In this document: piece by piece, positions 61,835-64,000 of the stretch | How positions within the stretch are numbered: position 1 is the stretch's first letter | Layout of the letters: each line of letters opens with the position of its first letter | From: Hydrolagus colliei | Lineage: Eukaryota | DNA: 64,000 nt | Direction: 5' to 3' | NCBI GenBank assembly: GCA_035084275.1 | Contig: CM068742.1 | Span: 3,100,001 to 3,164,000, forward strand | The notes under the pieces: model-generated | What the model was told of the DNA's origin: nothing | Seen by the model: the letters and a program-made list of their open reading frames with translations, nothing else | Database searches by the model: none | Program-made: the position numbers and the translations under genes

Positions 61835-63600
61835 AGAGCCATGCCCTCCAAAAACAATCCCAATCCTACCCCACATCTCTCTTTCCTCCTATTCAGTCCT
61901 TCTCTCCTCCTACACTCTCTGTCTTTTCTCCCTCTTAGAACTTCCAACAGACTCGCACTGCTCCACCTAGGCTTTCCACAGCACTCGGTCATGGTTCTCC
62001 CCGACTGCCTCACTGCTCACTCTGAAAAGACCTGCCTCCCCCACCTCCAACAGGTAACCCCCGTCTTCTCTCATCCACATCCTTCCCGATTCTCCCCCTC
62101 ACACCCAACAGTCGCTCCTCCCTTCAATTTACATCCATCCCCAACCCCTCGCCCCACTCCCCACCCCCACCTGCCCTCGCCCCGTTTGCATTGATCTCCA
62201 AAATGTCCGCTTGCTCTTAAATGAAGCAGTTACAATCCACAACCGCATCCTCGACAAGCAAATAGACATCGGAAATAGACGCGGAATCCTGGCTCGCAGC
62301 ACAGAGGCAGCGCACGTCAAAGTAACAAATGATGTATTATTCTTTCACTGTGACCCATGGCTCCCCTCCGCCTCCTCATTCTCCTAGACTTCTTGTCAAC
62401 CTTGCTGCCCTCCTTCTACTTCTTCTCCTCCCTCATCCACCCCAGTGAGGCTACAGTAGCGTGTTTTATATCCTACTTTACAAACTGGGAGCAGTATATC
62501 TCGCTTAATTGGTTATCCACCCGCCCCCAATGGGTCAACAGTGGAATATACGTCAAGGCTCCATGCTTAGCCCCCTTCTTTCCTTATTTAGCTGCTCCCT
62601 TTATTGTTTATTATATGCATAAGCAGACATGGGGTCAACTTCCACATTTTTGCAGATAACACCCAAATCTTCTTCTCCTCCTGCTGATGTCCTGTCAGTT
62701 TGTTTGTAGGGCATCAAGGCCTGCATTGTGTGAAGATTTCTTGCAGCTGAATCACGGCAAGGTGGAAGCCGTGCACTTTTGCTCCTATCAACGTCTTCTC
62801 TTATGCGGTTCTGAACTCCTCAACCTCCAGGGGCTCTTCCTCAGACTCACCAAACCTATGCACAATTTAGGCTTCAGGTTTGATACCCCAGCTTTCCTTT
62901 CTACCCGCATCCATTCCTTAAGCAAAACATCTCATTCCAATTCTGTCATATTGCCCGCTTCCATCCGTAGCTCACAACGAAAGCTCTCCTCCACGCCTTC
63001 ATCACTTTCTGGCTGGACTATTCTAATGCCCTCCTCGCTGGTCTCCAGCTCGGCTCCCCCACTAACTCTTCCCCCTCTCCCACTCTCCTTCCCCTTCCCC
63101 CTACCCCGACCCTCAGCGCTTTGGGACGTCCTCTCAACGTGAAAGGTGCAAATATAAGTGCAATTTTGTTGTTCTTGTCTCCCCAGCTTTGCAATGCAAG
63201 AAATCCAATTAATTAAAACTCCACCACTCAGATACTCATAGACACAACACTCTGTATACCCATCATACCAATCCCTGCCAGACTCCAATGCCTCCCAATT
63301 ACAGAATGGGTGAATTTCAAGATCCTCTCACTTGTTTTGAAATCTCTTCATGCCCTCATAACTCATTACCTATCCAATCTGCTTACCCCCCCCCATTCCA
63401 TCACCAGCTGCCTCTACTCAGCTAGCTCCTGTTTTTCCTTCAGCCCCTCCTCCGTTCCACCATCAGCAGCCGTGCCGTCAGCTACCATGCCCCAAAACTT
63501 TGAAATTCTCTCCATTCATCCCTCCATTTTGTCACCTCCCTCCCCACTTTGAATTCCGCCTAAAGTTCTTCGATTATGATCTTGTTTACGGTCTCCTCAA
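61835..63600 (+). mobile_element. Decayed L2 LINE with a nested short L2 3' end (63047-63176)
   Basis: STEAAHVKVTND, DFLQLNHGKVEA, HNLGFRFD, NFKILSLVLKSLH; nested tail flanked by GTCTCC (63041-63046, 63177-63182). Confidence 0.82.
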
Positions 63601-64000
63601 CCCGGCCCTCTCCATGTGGCTCAGGGTTATTAGACTCTACCATTGTATCAGACGTATTGCTCTGCCAGAATCAATCCCAAAAAACTCATTATTCTCGATC
63701 AGCAAATACAGTAAATTCTCAACTGATTCTCTGAAAATGTTTGCTTGACCTGACCGCACAGAACACTAAGTGAAGACAAAATTCTGAGTTATTAGATATT
63801 CATCTGATGTGCTCCAATACTGCTGCCTCCGCTGTTACTGCTTCTGTTCAGACCCATTCGTCAATCAATTTTGTGCAGGCTAAAGCTGTCACGCAGTTCG
63901 AGCGCAACAAAACGCAAAATAAAACAAACTTGTGCTTCCCAGTGTCATTCAATAAAGTCCTAAACATGCCATCATTGATCTTTCTGTGTTTTTTTCTTCT

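Overview
Eukaryotic, repeat-dense DNA with no complete host gene; it reads as intronic or intergenic. The repeat repertoire points to a cartilaginous fish (shark or chimaera), which is an inference. It comprises CR1 LINEs with (ATTCTATG)n tails, L2 LINEs with (TTG)n tails, tRNA-headed SINEs with L2-type tails, older Deu-domain SINEs and Penelope-type terminal repeats. All long ORFs belong to three young, 5'-truncated copies of one CR1 family (about 4131-6347 minus, 37284-39537 plus, 48751-50057 minus). Also present are many decayed L2 copies, a decayed Gypsy RT fragment, three members of one Tigger/pogo-like TIR family, a hAT-like MITE and a Mutator-like MITE carrying telomere-type hexamers. 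There are two assembly gaps. The best host-gene evidence is a 54-nt minus-strand exon candidate at 2552-2605, whose gene I could not identify. I found no convincing new multi-gene system. The most interesting signals are small-scale: telomeric repeats inside a MITE, degenerate hammerhead cores in an inverted Penelope repeat, apparently templated insertions, and two L2 insertions at the same site of a SINE. Boundaries of decayed repeats are approximate and family names come from recalled motifs, not database searches.
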